DNA of 64,000 nt from Chloroflexota bacterium (GTDB lineage: Bacteria > Chloroflexota > Anaerolineae > DTLA01). Each line of letters opens with the position of its first letter. The first letter of the stretch is position 1. Both the position numbers and the translations under genes were made by a program. Below, in pieces: positions 52,190 to 62,243 of the stretch. The notes beneath the pieces were generated by a model. The model was not told the origin of the DNA. It saw nothing but the letters and a program-made list of their open reading frames with translations, and made no database searches. Location of the stretch: the NCBI GenBank assembly GCA_014874485.1, contig JADBJK010000055.1:10243-74242 (forward strand), written 5' to 3'.

Positions 52190-53269
52190 TTAGGCAACCC
52201 GTTCCACCTTGACATTGCGCTTGGCCAGTTCGGCGAAGAACGGCTCAGGCTCCAGGCATCCCTCCGGCGCGAACACGCCCGCGGGCAACCCGCCCCGCGC
52301 CAGCATCAGCGCGCCGATGGCCGCGGGTATACCGGTGAGCCGCCCCATCTTGTCCACCGTGGCGTACACCAGCCGCCGCTCCTGGCCGTCCTTGCGCCCG
52401 ATGACGTCCACGCGCGCGCCCGAGAACGGCACCCCGCCCGCGCGGAAGATGCCCTCAATGGCGTGGATGACCTTCGCCACTCGGTCAATCTTCCTGGGCG
52501 TGTTGATGAGCCGCAGCGCGTTGAACACGTCCACGAGTTTGTTGTTCCAGTCGGGCGTCAGCGCGCCCTTCAGCGTAACCGTCTTCGCGCGGATGTACCG
52601 CGGGATGGTCAGCGGCTCCGGGTGTCCGCAATGGAACACGCGGATGCGGCCCAGCGGCGGCGGGAACTCCACCACCTCGGCACCCGACGACGCCGGGATG
52701 TTCTTCCACTCGCCGTCCATGTACGTGGGCACCTCGCCGGTTACTGCGTAGAACACGTGCTTGATGACGGCCAACCCCTGGGAGTCCGCCGCCCCGCCTG
52801 CCCAGGCCACATGGATGGCGTCCACCTCGTCCAGGCGGAATGCACCGTCGCGGGCCATCAGGTTCGTGATGCCCGGCGTCCACCCCAGGCCCGTGATGGC
52901 GGTGATGCCCGCCTCGCGCGCAGGGGCGTCCAGCGCCAGCACGTCGGGTATCGGCCCATAGTCGTCGCAGATGTCCACGTAGTTCACGCGGGCCTTGACG
53001 GCGGCGCGGGTCATGGGCGCGGCGAACTTGTAGAACGGGCCGATGCACCCCACCGCCGCGTCCGCGCCCCGCATGACTTCCACCAGCGAGTCCTCTTTCG
53101 TGGCATCCACGAACCGGGCCGAGGCGCGCGGCCCCAGTTCCTCGGCCAACTTCTTGGCCGCGTCTAGCCGATAGTCGGCGATGACGATTTCCGCGTCGCT
53201 GTGCGCGGCGATGTCGCGCACGACGAAACTCCCCATGTCTCCGCAGCCACCCAGGACGACGATTTTCAT
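52190..53269 (-). CDS. Saccharopine dehydrogenase NADP-binding family protein
   Basis: MKIVVLGGCGDMGSFVVRDIA Rossmann motif. AGGAGG RBS. Confidence 0.85.
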   Translation of the reverse strand: MKIVVLGGCGDMGSFVVRDIAAHSDAEIVIADYRLDAAKKLAEELGPRASARFVDATKEDSLVEVMRGADAAVGCIGPFYKFAAPMTRAAVKARVNYVDICDDYGPIPDVLALDAPAREAGITAITGLGWTPGITNLMARDGAFRLDEVDAIHVAWAGGAADSQGLAVIKHVFYAVTGEVPTYMDGEWKNIPASSGAEVVEFPPPLGRIRVFHCGHPEPLTIPRYIRAKTVTLKGALTPDWNNKLVDVFNALRLINTPRKIDRVAKVIHAIEGIFRAGGVPFSGARVDVIGRKDGQERRLVYATVDKMGRLTGIPAAIGALMLARGGLPAGVFAPEGCLEPEPFFAELAKRNVKVERVA

Positions 53270-53355
53270 GTCAGACCTCCTGTAACTCTCGCCAAGGGAT
53301 GCCGAAAGACGATTCGGTTCCATCTCTTGCTGGTGAACCACTCGCATGTGCTGCT

Positions 53356-53385
53356 GACTTTCACAGACCTCCAGTTGCGACGCAC
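53356..53385. repeat. Palindrome AGTTGCGACGCACCTCGGAGGTGCGTCGCAACT (third copy of this family)
   Basis: A 10 to 14-bp stem with a tcgga loop. The same core occurs at 27373 and 36423. Confidence 0.85.
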
Positions 53386-53564
53386 CTCGGAGGTGCGTCG
53401 CAACTGAAACCCTGTTTCTTTCAGTCTCCAACGAGATTTGGAACCAATCGCAGGCAAAACACCGCAGCGCAGAGAATGAGGGGCGGCAATGAGCGAACTC
53501 CTGCGCTGCGCGCGACCGGCCCCGACTCGGATGTGAAAGAACAACGGTTTGGACTAATTCCTCA

Positions 53565-55156
53565 TTATAGCCCAGGTTTGCGCCGCGTCAAACGAAGTCG
53601 GCGCGCCACCGCACGGCTCAGCGTGGCCCATTCCTCCACGCGCAGCGCCGAGATGAGCGCGGCATACACCCCCACGCCGACCACCGCCCCCACGCCGACC
53701 TGCACGAGCCACGGGATGGACCCTTCAGCACCCACCCTCGCAGCGACCTGTCCCGCGCTCCAGTGGACTGCAAGCGCCATGCCACCGGCGGCCACCAACG
53801 ACTTCAACGCCGTCGCCCCGATGCGGCTCTGGCGCAGCGATTTGCGCAGCAGGAACAGCATGATGAGCGCGTGGCCGGTCAGTTGGCACGAGTTGGCGAT
53901 GACCAGGCCGAGCATCCCCAGCGGGCGGATGAGCGCCAGCGCCACCACCAGGTAGATGCCCACGGCGGCAACGCCCACCAGCGCGGGCGTCAGCGTGTTC
54001 TTGCGGGCGTAGAAGGCGAAGATGAGCAACTGGTCAATCCCCGCGAAGGTGAGGCCGATGAGGTAGAACCGCAGCGCGTTGGCAACCTGCACCGTGTCGT
54101 GGGGGCCGAATTCGCCGTGCTGGAAGATGAGGGCCACCACCGGCCGGGCCAGGACGAACAGCCCCAGCGTCGCGGGGACGAGCAGCACCAGCACCATGCG
54201 CAGCGAGATGCCCAGGGTTCGCTCGTAGGCGGCGTCATCGCCGGCGTAGTCCGAGCGGGCCAGTGACGGCAGCGAGGCCAGCGAAATCGCCGCGGCCACC
54301 AGCCCCAGCGGGAACTGCACCAGGTTCGTGGCGTACTGCATCCAGGCGATGCTTTCCCCGCCCGTCCGGGACGCCAGGTTGCGGTCTATGGCGATCCCAA
54401 TCTGGCTGACCACAAGCCCCAGGACGATAGGCAGATACAGTTTCAGGATGCGTCGCAGGCCTGGGTGGCGCAGGTCCAGGGAAAACCGAAAGCGCCCATC
54501 CCGCAATCCAGGAGCCAACAGGGCGAACTGGAGCAGCGCGCCCAGGACGATGCCCACCGCCAGCGCGTACACGTCCAACCACGCTGCGAAGAACATCGCC
54601 GCCAGGATGAGCCCCAGGTTGTAAACAGCCGCGCCGAACGCGGGATAGGCGAACCGTTGGAGGCTGTACAGCACGCCGATGGCGATGCCGGAAACGCCGA
54701 ACACCAGCACCGCAGGGAGGACGATGCGGATGAGCCGCGTGGTCATGGCCAGGACCTCCGGCTCAAACCCGCCGCCCAGAAGCCACGCCACCACCGGCGC
54801 GCCCAACTCCAGCAGCAGAATCAGCGCCGTCAGCAAGACGGCAGCCAGGCTGAACAGAACGCTGGCCAGTTCCCACAATTCCTTCTTGCGGGTCTCGGCA
54901 TAGTCGCTGAGCACAGGGATGAGCGCGGAACTGAGCATGCCCCCGATGAGCAAATCAAAGATCATGGTGGGGACTTGGGAGGCCACCCGGAAGGCGCTCA
55001 GGTACGGGGACGCCCCGAAGTAGTCGGCAATGACCAGTTCGCGCACCAGGCCCAGCAGGCGGCTCACGATGTTGCCCGCGCCGATGATGCCCGCCGCGCC
55101 CGCGATGCTGGTTACCGTCTTTTGGGTTGAGTCTGCCGGTGGAGTGATTTCAGCCA
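53565..55156 (-). CDS. murJ: Lipid II flippase MurJ (MviN)
   Basis: IAGAAGIIGAGNIVSRLLGLVRELVIADYFGAS...AFRVASQVPTMIFDLLIGGMLSSALIPV is the MurJ signature, with about 14 TM segments. Start uncertain (TTG near 55156). Confidence 0.85.
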
Positions 55157-55240
55157 AAGCGCGCCTTGCCCCTTGCCCTCCAATGCCAGCGCATTGTACA
55201 CGAGGACGGGGGCACGGGCAAAAGCGTGGTCGCTCGTCAG

Positions 55241-55318
55241 GATTCACCGCAGAGAACACAGAGAACGCAGAGATTTCAGGGCAAACCTCTGCGGTCTCCG
55301 CGTGCTCTGCGGTGAATC
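55241..55318. repeat. caccgcagag-family near-perfect palindrome gattcaccgcagagaacacagag...ctctgcggtgaatc
   Basis: Direct reading. Confidence 0.85.
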
Positions 55319-55447
55319 TCTGTGTTGGCGAGGGAACGTCGTGCCGCTATAATAGGCCTGCGCGGGAACTTCCCTGTGGCGAGGGGCGTCAGCAATTTGG
55401 GATTTGGAGCGCGAGGGGAGGTGCGGATTGTGATGCGCAGAAGTGCG

Positions 55448-57451
55448 GCTGGATGGCTGTTGGCGGCGGCCTTGGCAGTGGCGGCCGTACTCCCTTCGGC
55501 GCCTGTCCGCGCTGCCAATGGCACGTGGCAGGCGCAGTACTGGGCCAACCGGTTCCTGTCGGGCGCGCCCGCCCTCGTCCGCACGGAGACGGCCGTGAGT
55601 TTTGACTGGGCGTTCGGTTCGCCCGGCGCGGGAATCCCCAAGGACAACTGGTCGGCGCGGTGGGAGTACACCGGCGCGTTCGCGGCGGGCTGGTACCGCT
55701 TCCGCACGTTCACCGATGACGGCGTGCGCGTCTGGGTGGACGACAAGCCCGTCATTGACCAATGGTTTGACATGCCCGGCGTTGCCAACACGGGCGACGT
55801 GTACCTCGCCACGGGCACGCATCGGGTCAAGATGGAGTACTACGAGCACACCGGCTGGGCGCGCGCCTATCTCTCCTGGTTGCGCTTCTCGGGTGAACCG
55901 GAGTACACGGGCTGGAAGGGCGAGTACTTCAACAACCGCAACCTCACAGGCAGCCCCGCTTTCGTCCGCGACGACCCGAAGGTGGACTTTGACTGGGGTT
56001 GGGGCGATGCGTACCCGGGCATCGGCCTCGGCGCGGATGACTTCTCCGTGCGCTGGACGCGGCGCATGCGCTTTGACGCGGGCTACTGGCGGTTCAAGGC
56101 CACCGTCAGCGACGGGATTCGCATCTACGTGGACGGGCAGAAGGTTGTGGACTCGTGGCGCGAGCAGGACACGACCTTCGTCAGCGGCGATGTGTACCTC
56201 GCGGCCGGCGAGCATGAGGTCAAGGTGGAGTACTTTGAGGGGCGCGGGCGGGCGATTGTGCGCGTGGAATGGGAGCAACTATCGGCTCCCGCGCAGCCTT
56301 CGCCCACACCTGCGTACACTCAGTGGAAGGGCGAATACTACGCCAACCGCTACCTGTCCGGGACGCCAACCCTCGTGCGGAATGACGCCGAGGTTCGCTT
56401 CAACTGGGGCCTTGGCTCTCCCGCAAGCAACATCCCTGCGGATGAGTTCTCGGTGCGGTGGACGCGGACGCTGTCTTTCGCGGCGGGCACGTACCGATTC
56501 TACGCGCGCGCCGACGACGGAGTGCGTCTCTGGGTGGACGGCCAACTGATCATAGACCGCTGGCACGATCAGGCCGCCACCACGCACCAGGGCGACATCG
56601 CGCTGAACGCAGGCCCCCACGACATCCGCCTGGAATACTACGAGAACGGCGGCTTTGCCGAGATCGCCCTATGGTGGGAACCCATCGCCTCTGCGGCACA
56701 ATGGCAGGCCGAGTACTTCAACAACGTGGCCCTGGCTGGCGCGCCTGCGTGGAGCGGGTCGGTGGCGGAGATTCAATTTGACTGGGGCGGTGGCAGTCCG
56801 GCGCCGGGCGTTGCCGCCGACCGGTTTTCGGCCCGCTACACGTTCGCGGCGCAGTTCGCTGCGGGGCTGTACGTGTTCCGCGTGCGCTCCGACGACGGGG
56901 TGCGTCTGTGGGTGGATGACCAACTGGTACTGGATCGCTGGGTCGTGCGGTCGGCAACCGACGACGAGGCGGCGCTGCAACTGGCCGCAGGCACGCACCG
57001 CATTCGGCTGGAATACTTTGAGGATGTCGGCCTGGCGGAGTTACGCCTCTCCTGGGAGAAGCGCGAGGACGCGGGCAGCACCGCCTGGCGCGGCGAATAC
57101 TTCACCAATCCCTGGCTCATCGGATACCCGACGGTTACCCGACAGGATGCCGCTGTGGATTTCAACTGGGGCACCGGCTCGCCGGCATCCGGCATTCCCG
57201 CAGATAACTTCTCGGCGCGCTGGACGCGGACGCTGGTGCTCCCCGCGCCGCGCACGCTGACCTTCTCGCTGCGCACGGACGACGGCGCGCGCCTGTGGGT
57301 GGACGGGCAGTTGGTGCTGGATCGCTGGTACGACCAGGTAGCCACAACGACACACACCGCACGGGTCGCGCTGCCGGCGGGCGTCCACACGATTGTGCTG
57401 GAGTACTACGAGCACGGCGGCCTCGCGTCGGCGTGGCTGGGTTGGCAGTAG
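55448..57451 (+). CDS. Secreted protein made of six tandem PA14 domains
   Basis: Signal peptide, then six repeats of about 112 aa of the pattern W.GEYF.N..L.G.P.......V.F.W....P...IP.D.FS.RWT....F.AG.YRF....DDGVR.WVD...V.D.W (PA14). Confidence 0.85.
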   Translation, partial: AGWLLAAALAVAAVLPSAPVRAANGTWQAQYWANRFLSGAPALVRTETAVSFDWAFGSPGAGIPKDNWSARWEYTGAFAAGWYRFRTFTDDGVRVWVDDKPVIDQWFDMPGVANTGDVYLATGTHRVKMEYYEHTGWARAYLSWLRFSGEPEYTGWKGEYFNNRNLTGSPAFVRDDPKVDFDWGWGDAYPGIGLGADDFSVRWTRRMRFDAGYWRFKATVSDGIRIYVDGQKVVDSWREQDTTFVSGDVYLAAGEHEVKVEYFEGRGRAIVRVEWEQLSAPAQPSPTPAYTQWKGEYYANRYLSGTPTLVRNDAEVRFNWGLGSPASNIPADEFSVRWTRTLSFAAGTYRFYARADDGVRLWVDGQLIIDRWHDQAATTHQGDIALNAGPHDIRLEYYENGGFAEIALWWEPIASAAQWQAEYFNNVALAGAPAWSGSVAEIQFDWGGGSPAPGVAADRFSARYTFAAQFAAGLYVFRVRSDDGVRLWVDDQLVLDRWVVRSATDDEAALQLAAGTHRIRLEYFEDVGLAELRLSWEKREDAGSTAWRGEYFTNPWLIGYPTVTRQDAAVDFNWGTGSPASGIPADNFSARWTRTLVLPAPRTLTFSLRTDDGARLWVDGQLVLDRWYDQVATTTHTARVALPAGVHTIVLEYYEHGGLASAWLGWQ

Positions 57452-57687
57452 CGGCTGGCGGGCGTGGTCAGGGGTCCGCTCACTCCACCCGTTTTCCGGC
57501 GGGTGATGAAGCGCAGTTCTCGTTCTGTGGCGGCATTTCGTGCGGTGCCGATACGCCCTGCCTGCACAATCGCGCGCGTGCCGCGGTTGACATATCCGCA
57601 CAAGTGCGTGTACAATAGCACAAACGGAGCGTTTGGAATGGTCAGGTGCGTGTCAAGTGCCGCCTGTCCACCTTTTCGGGAGGGAGC

Positions 57688-58851
57688 ATGAACGAACGCC
57701 AACTGCTGATGATTCCTGGCCCCATCTCGTTTGACCCCGCCGTGTTGCGCGCCATGTCCATCCCCACCGACAGCCACGTCAGCCAGGAGTTCGTGGACCT
57801 CTTCGGCCAGGTGCTGGACGACATGCTCCAGGTCTTCCTGGCCCCCCACGGGTATCCGTTCGTCGTCGCGGGCTCCGGCACGTTGGCGATGGAGTTGGGC
57901 TTGGCGAACCTGGTGGAGCCGGGCAATCGGGTCCTGGTCCTGCGCACGGGCGTCTTCGGCGAGCGGTTCAGCGACATCGCCCGCCGCCAGGGGGCCGAGG
58001 TGGACGAAATCGTCGCGCCGCTGGGCGAAGTGCCCGACGTGGCGGAGGTGGAGGCCAAACTGGCCTCGGCCCCGTACAAGGTGATGACCGCAACCCACGT
58101 GGACACATCCACCGGCGTCGCGGTGGACGTGAAGGCGCTGGCGGCCCTGGCCCGGAAGCACGGCGCGCTGTCGGTGGTGGACGGCGTATGCGCGACGGCG
58201 GGCATGGAATGTCGGCAGGAAGAGTGGGGCGTGGACGTGTACCTCACCGCCTCGCAGAAGGCCATCTCGGTGCCGCCCGGGCTGGCGCTGCTGGTGGCCA
58301 GCGAGCGCGCGATTGAGGCGTTCCGCCGCCGCAAGACGCTGGTCCGCAGTTACTACGCCGACTGGGGCAAGTGGCTGCCCATCATGGAGTCGTACCGCCA
58401 GCGCAAGGCCGCCTACTTCGGCACGCCCGCGGTCAACCTCGTGTACGCGCTGCGCGTTAGCCTGGCGCAGATACTGGCCGAGGGGATGGATGCGCGGTTC
58501 CGCCGCCACCAGCGCCTGAGCGACGGGTTCAAGGCGGCGGTGGCTGCCATGGGCCTGCAGCAAGTGCCTGCGCGCCCTGAGATCGCCGCCACGACCCTGA
58601 CCGCGGTGTACTACCCCGACGGCGTGGGGGCCGAGTTGCTGAAGAAGGTGGCGGATGAGGGCGTGATCCTCGCGGGTGGCCTGCACCCCGACATCAAGAC
58701 GAAGTACTTCCGCGTGGGCCACATGGGGCCGGCGGGGCCGTCCGACATCCTGGCGACGGTCGGGGCCATTGAGCGCAGCCTGAAGGCGCTGGGGTATGCG
58801 GTGGAATTAGGCCGCGGCGTGGAGGCAGCCCAGCGGGCCATGGGCGTTTAG
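57688..58851 (+). CDS. Class V aminotransferase (alanine-glyoxylate/serine-pyruvate aminotransferase-like)
   Basis: LLMIPGPISFDPAVLRAM...TASQKAISVPPGLALLV (PLP lysine region). GGGAGGGA RBS. Confidence 0.85.
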   Translation: MNERQLLMIPGPISFDPAVLRAMSIPTDSHVSQEFVDLFGQVLDDMLQVFLAPHGYPFVVAGSGTLAMELGLANLVEPGNRVLVLRTGVFGERFSDIARRQGAEVDEIVAPLGEVPDVAEVEAKLASAPYKVMTATHVDTSTGVAVDVKALAALARKHGALSVVDGVCATAGMECRQEEWGVDVYLTASQKAISVPPGLALLVASERAIEAFRRRKTLVRSYYADWGKWLPIMESYRQRKAAYFGTPAVNLVYALRVSLAQILAEGMDARFRRHQRLSDGFKAAVAAMGLQQVPARPEIAATTLTAVYYPDGVGAELLKKVADEGVILAGGLHPDIKTKYFRVGHMGPAGPSDILATVGAIERSLKALGYAVELGRGVEAAQRAMGV

Positions 58852-58896
58852 CGGGTTTTCGGGCCGTTTGAACCTTCGGCCTGCGACCATTGTATT

Positions 58897-59499
58897 TTGA
58901 ATAGAGGGAGTGCATCTGTGGCAGAAAGTGCGGACGCTGCCCTCATCTCACAGGCGCAGTCGGGCGATGTGGCCGCTTTTGAGGCGCTGTACAAGAAGTA
59001 CAGCACGATGGTGTTCCGCACGGCCTATGCCATCCTGCGCGACCGGTACGCTGCCGAAGAAGTAACGCAGGAATGCTTCGTCCGCGCCTACCGCGGGCTG
59101 GCGCGCGTGCAGGCGTGCGACTCGCTGGGGCCGTGGCTGCACCGCATCGCCGTGAACCTGAGTTACAACTGGTGGAGGCAGACGCACCGCTACCGGCTCT
59201 TGCCGCTGGACTCCCTGACGGTCTTGGAACATTCGGCCCGGACCGAGTCGCCCCAGGCGGCGCTTTACCGCGCCGAGGTCAACGACGCGCTGGCGCAGGC
59301 GCTGGATACCCTGGGGTTTGACCAGAAAGTCGCGCTGATCCTGTTCTATCTGGGCGGCTTTTCGCTGGAGGAAATCGCGTACATCCTGGACTGTCCCGTG
59401 GGCACGGTGAAGTCCAGACTGCACTACGGGCGCAGCAAACTCAGGCGCACGTTGGAGCAGATGCAACGCACCCTACCCGAGGTGGCGTACGAGTTCTGA
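58897..59499 (+). CDS. ECF-type RNA polymerase sigma-70 factor
   Basis: Region 2 (FEALYKKYSTMVFRTAYAILRDRYAAEEVTQECFVRAY) and region 4 (LILFYLGGFSLEEIAYILDCPVGTVKSRL). Confidence 0.85.
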   Translation: MNRGSASVAESADAALISQAQSGDVAAFEALYKKYSTMVFRTAYAILRDRYAAEEVTQECFVRAYRGLARVQACDSLGPWLHRIAVNLSYNWWRQTHRYRLLPLDSLTVLEHSARTESPQAALYRAEVNDALAQALDTLGFDQKVALILFYLGGFSLEEIAYILDCPVGTVKSRLHYGRSKLRRTLEQMQRTLPEVAYEF

Positions 59500-59921
59500 T
59501 GATGTGGAGACGCGCAAGGCGAGTTTCCGATGACGAGTTGGACTGGGCGATTCGCTCAACCCTGCGGGCGGAGACCGAGGGGCTAGAGCCTTCGCCGCAG
59601 GTGTGGGCCCGCGTGCGCGCGCGCATCGCGGATGGCCGTCCGGACCAGGAGCGACAGGCCCGCGCCGTCCTGTGGCACGCGCGCCTCGCCAACGCCATTC
59701 AGGGAGCCGTACTGGCTATGCTCGTGCTCGGGTTTGGGCTTGGGCTGAGCCGGGGCTTCCTCGGCCCCGATTGGCACCAGACCACTGCCCATTCGGTCCC
59801 TACCGTTACCTACGTCAGCAAGTCCGCTGGCCGATACCCGAAAGACGTGCTCAATGCCAAGCGGCTGATGCAGATAGATAAGCAGAAACCCGCGCCTGGG
59901 GCCTGGCGGTTGCCCCAGTAG
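59499..59921 (+). CDS. Putative anti-sigma factor (single-pass membrane protein)
   Basis: Start overlaps the sigma-factor stop (ctgATGATGtgg). One TM segment. This is the typical ECF sigma/anti-sigma arrangement. Confidence 0.5.
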   Translation: MMWRRARRVSDDELDWAIRSTLRAETEGLEPSPQVWARVRARIADGRPDQERQARAVLWHARLANAIQGAVLAMLVLGFGLGLSRGFLGPDWHQTTAHSVPTVTYVSKSAGRYPKDVLNAKRLMQIDKQKPAPGAWRLPQ

Positions 59922-59939
59922 GCTGACCGGGTTCCGAAT

Positions 59940-60130
59940 GCGTTTGCGACTGTCATTGCGAGGGTGCAGCGCCGAAGAATCTCGGCGTCCGAGATGCTTC
60001 GTTCGCAATGACAATGTGGGGAAAGCGCCAATCCGCGCGAATGAACAGAAGTGGCACCCCTGCATTCGTGTAGATTCGTGCGATTCGTGGATTGAACATT
60101 CGCGCAGCGCCGAAGAATCTCGGCGTGGTG
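59940..60130. repeat. Family-1 palindromic element plus an inverted cacgaat-family motif
   Basis: tgtcattgcgagggtgcagcgccgaagaatctcggcgtccgagatgcttcgttcgcaatgaca; cgcgaatgaacagaagtggcacccctgcattcgtgtagattcgtgcgattcgtgg. Confidence 0.85.
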
Positions 60131-60262
60131 GAAAATCGCGAATCGGCAAGAACAACAATTCGCATCCATTCGGGATTCGGGTCTGAGGCGGTTTGCGCGC
60201 AAGGACAGGTGGGTGAGGGCGGTGTGGCTCGTCAAGGAGACGGGCCGAATGCCGAAACGTGG

Positions 60263-60291
60263 GCTTGACGGAATGCAGGAATGTGTTATAA
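60263..60291 (+). promoter_or_regulatory. Near-consensus sigma-70 promoter (TTGACG-N17-TGtTATAAT) driving the peptide ABC importer operon via an about 150-nt leader
   Basis: cTTGACggaatgcaggaatgTGtTATAATag; the first gene's ATG is at 60447. Confidence 0.5.
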
Positions 60292-60446
60292 TAGTACAGA
60301 CTCGTTGTCCTGAGTTGTTCCGTGCATCACGTCCCCACCGCCGTGGACTTTCTGTAACAGGAAAGGGGGTGGTTGCCGAAACCTAACGCGACAGGAAACC
60401 CTTGGGTAGTTCAAATCCGCAAAGACTCTAAGGAGGAAATGGGAAG

Positions 60447-62084
60447 ATGAACAAGAAGTTCGTGCTGGTTTCGCTGCTCGTTGTCGTCGCGATGCTGGTC
60501 TCGGCCTGCGGCGGCGGGGGCGAGAAGTTGGCCAAGTCCATCAACTTGAACCTTGGCACCGAGCCGCCCACGCTGGACCCCGGCCTGGCCACCGACACCA
60601 CGTCGGTTCAGTGCGATGAGTTGCTCTTCTTGGGCCTGACCGACTTTGACGACAAGACCCTGGAGACCATCCCCGAACTGGCCACCAAGTGGGAAGTCTC
60701 GCCCGATGGCCTGACCTGGACGTTCTACATGCGCAAGGACGTCGTCTGGGTGCACTACGACCCCGCGACCAAGAAGGTAACGGAGAAGGGCCCCGTAACC
60801 GCCTATGACATTGAGTACGGCGTGAAGCGCACCCTGGACCCGGTTACCGCGTCCGACTACGCGTATGTGGACTACATCATCAAGAACGGCCAGAAGTTCA
60901 ACACCGGCGAGATCACCGACGCCAACGAAGTCGGCGTGAAGGCGCTGGATGCCTACACCATCCAGTTCACGCTGGAGAAGCCGGCGGGCTACTTCGCGGG
61001 TATCGCGGGCATGTGGGTCAACCGCCCGGTTCCTCGTGAGCCCATTGAGAAGTTCGGCGACAAGTGGACCGAGCCTGGCAACATCTGGACCAACGGCCCG
61101 TACATGCTGGAGACGTGGGAACACGAGAACAAGATGGTCATGGTGAAGAACCCGAAGTTCTTCAACGCCAAGAACGTCTCCATTGAGACCATCAACTGGG
61201 CCATGGTCGTGGAAGAGTCCACCGCGTTCGCCATGTACGAGAACGGCGAACTGGATGTCTGCGGTGTCCCGTCGGCCGACCTAGACCGCGTGCGAGCCGA
61301 TCCGGTGCTCAGCAAGGAACTGTACACCGCCCCGTACCTGTGCACCTACTACTACGGCTTCAACAACACCAAGCCGCCGTTTGACAACAAACTGGTCCGC
61401 CAGGCGTTCTCCATGACCATTGATCGCAAGAAACTGGTTGAGACCGTGTTGAAGGGCGGCCAGAAGCCGGCCAAGACCTTCGCTTGCCCGGGCATCTTCG
61501 GCTCCCCGGCGGAAGACCCGAACTTCCCCGAGATTCCGTTTGATCCCGCGAAGGCGAAGCAGTTGCTGGCCGAGGCCGGGTATCCCGATGGCAAGGGCCT
61601 GCCCGAGATCACCCTGATGTACAACACCTCGGAAGGCCACAAGCGCATCGCCGAGTTCATCCAGCAGGGTTGGAAGGAGCACCTGGGCGTGGAAGTCAAA
61701 CTGGCCAACCAGGAGTGGGCGGTCTACCTGAAGACGGTCCATGGCCCGGACACGCCGCAGATTTACCGCCTTGGCTGGTGCGCCGACTACCCGGATGAGA
61801 ACAACTGGGTGCTGGAAGTCTTCCACCCGACGCTCGGCTCCAACGACATCAAGTGGAACAACGCCGAGTTCGCCCGGTTGACCGAGGAAGCGGCAGCCGC
61901 ATCGGATCCGGCGAAGCGCAAGGAACTCTACTTCCAGGCTGAGAAGATCCTGGTCCACGACGAAGCGGCCATCGCTCCCATCTACTACTACGTCCGCGTC
62001 GTCTGCACCAAGCCGTACGTAGAGCGCACCTACGCTCCGTTGGGCGGCGAGCACATTGACAAGTGGAAAGTGAAAGCCCACTAG
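60447..62084 (+). CDS. ABC transporter substrate-binding protein, family 5 (peptide/nickel, DppA/OppA-like)
   Basis: Lipoprotein signal LVSACGG and SBP_bac_5-like sequence throughout. AAGGAGG RBS. Confidence 0.9.
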   Translation: MNKKFVLVSLLVVVAMLVSACGGGGEKLAKSINLNLGTEPPTLDPGLATDTTSVQCDELLFLGLTDFDDKTLETIPELATKWEVSPDGLTWTFYMRKDVVWVHYDPATKKVTEKGPVTAYDIEYGVKRTLDPVTASDYAYVDYIIKNGQKFNTGEITDANEVGVKALDAYTIQFTLEKPAGYFAGIAGMWVNRPVPREPIEKFGDKWTEPGNIWTNGPYMLETWEHENKMVMVKNPKFFNAKNVSIETINWAMVVEESTAFAMYENGELDVCGVPSADLDRVRADPVLSKELYTAPYLCTYYYGFNNTKPPFDNKLVRQAFSMTIDRKKLVETVLKGGQKPAKTFACPGIFGSPAEDPNFPEIPFDPAKAKQLLAEAGYPDGKGLPEITLMYNTSEGHKRIAEFIQQGWKEHLGVEVKLANQEWAVYLKTVHGPDTPQIYRLGWCADYPDENNWVLEVFHPTLGSNDIKWNNAEFARLTEEAAAASDPAKRKELYFQAEKILVHDEAAIAPIYYYVRVVCTKPYVERTYAPLGGEHIDKWKVKAH

Positions 62085-62243
62085 TCTAGGACGACCTTAC
62101 GGCTACGTAGCCCCGCGCAGGGGCTACGTAGCCCTTTCGCATCAGACAATCCAGAGACCGCAGAGAGGCGGCTGAAAGACGTACCAAAGGCGGCTCTTGC
62201 GCCGCCAGGTTTTTTTCAAAGTAACCTGTGTGGGGGAAGTGGA

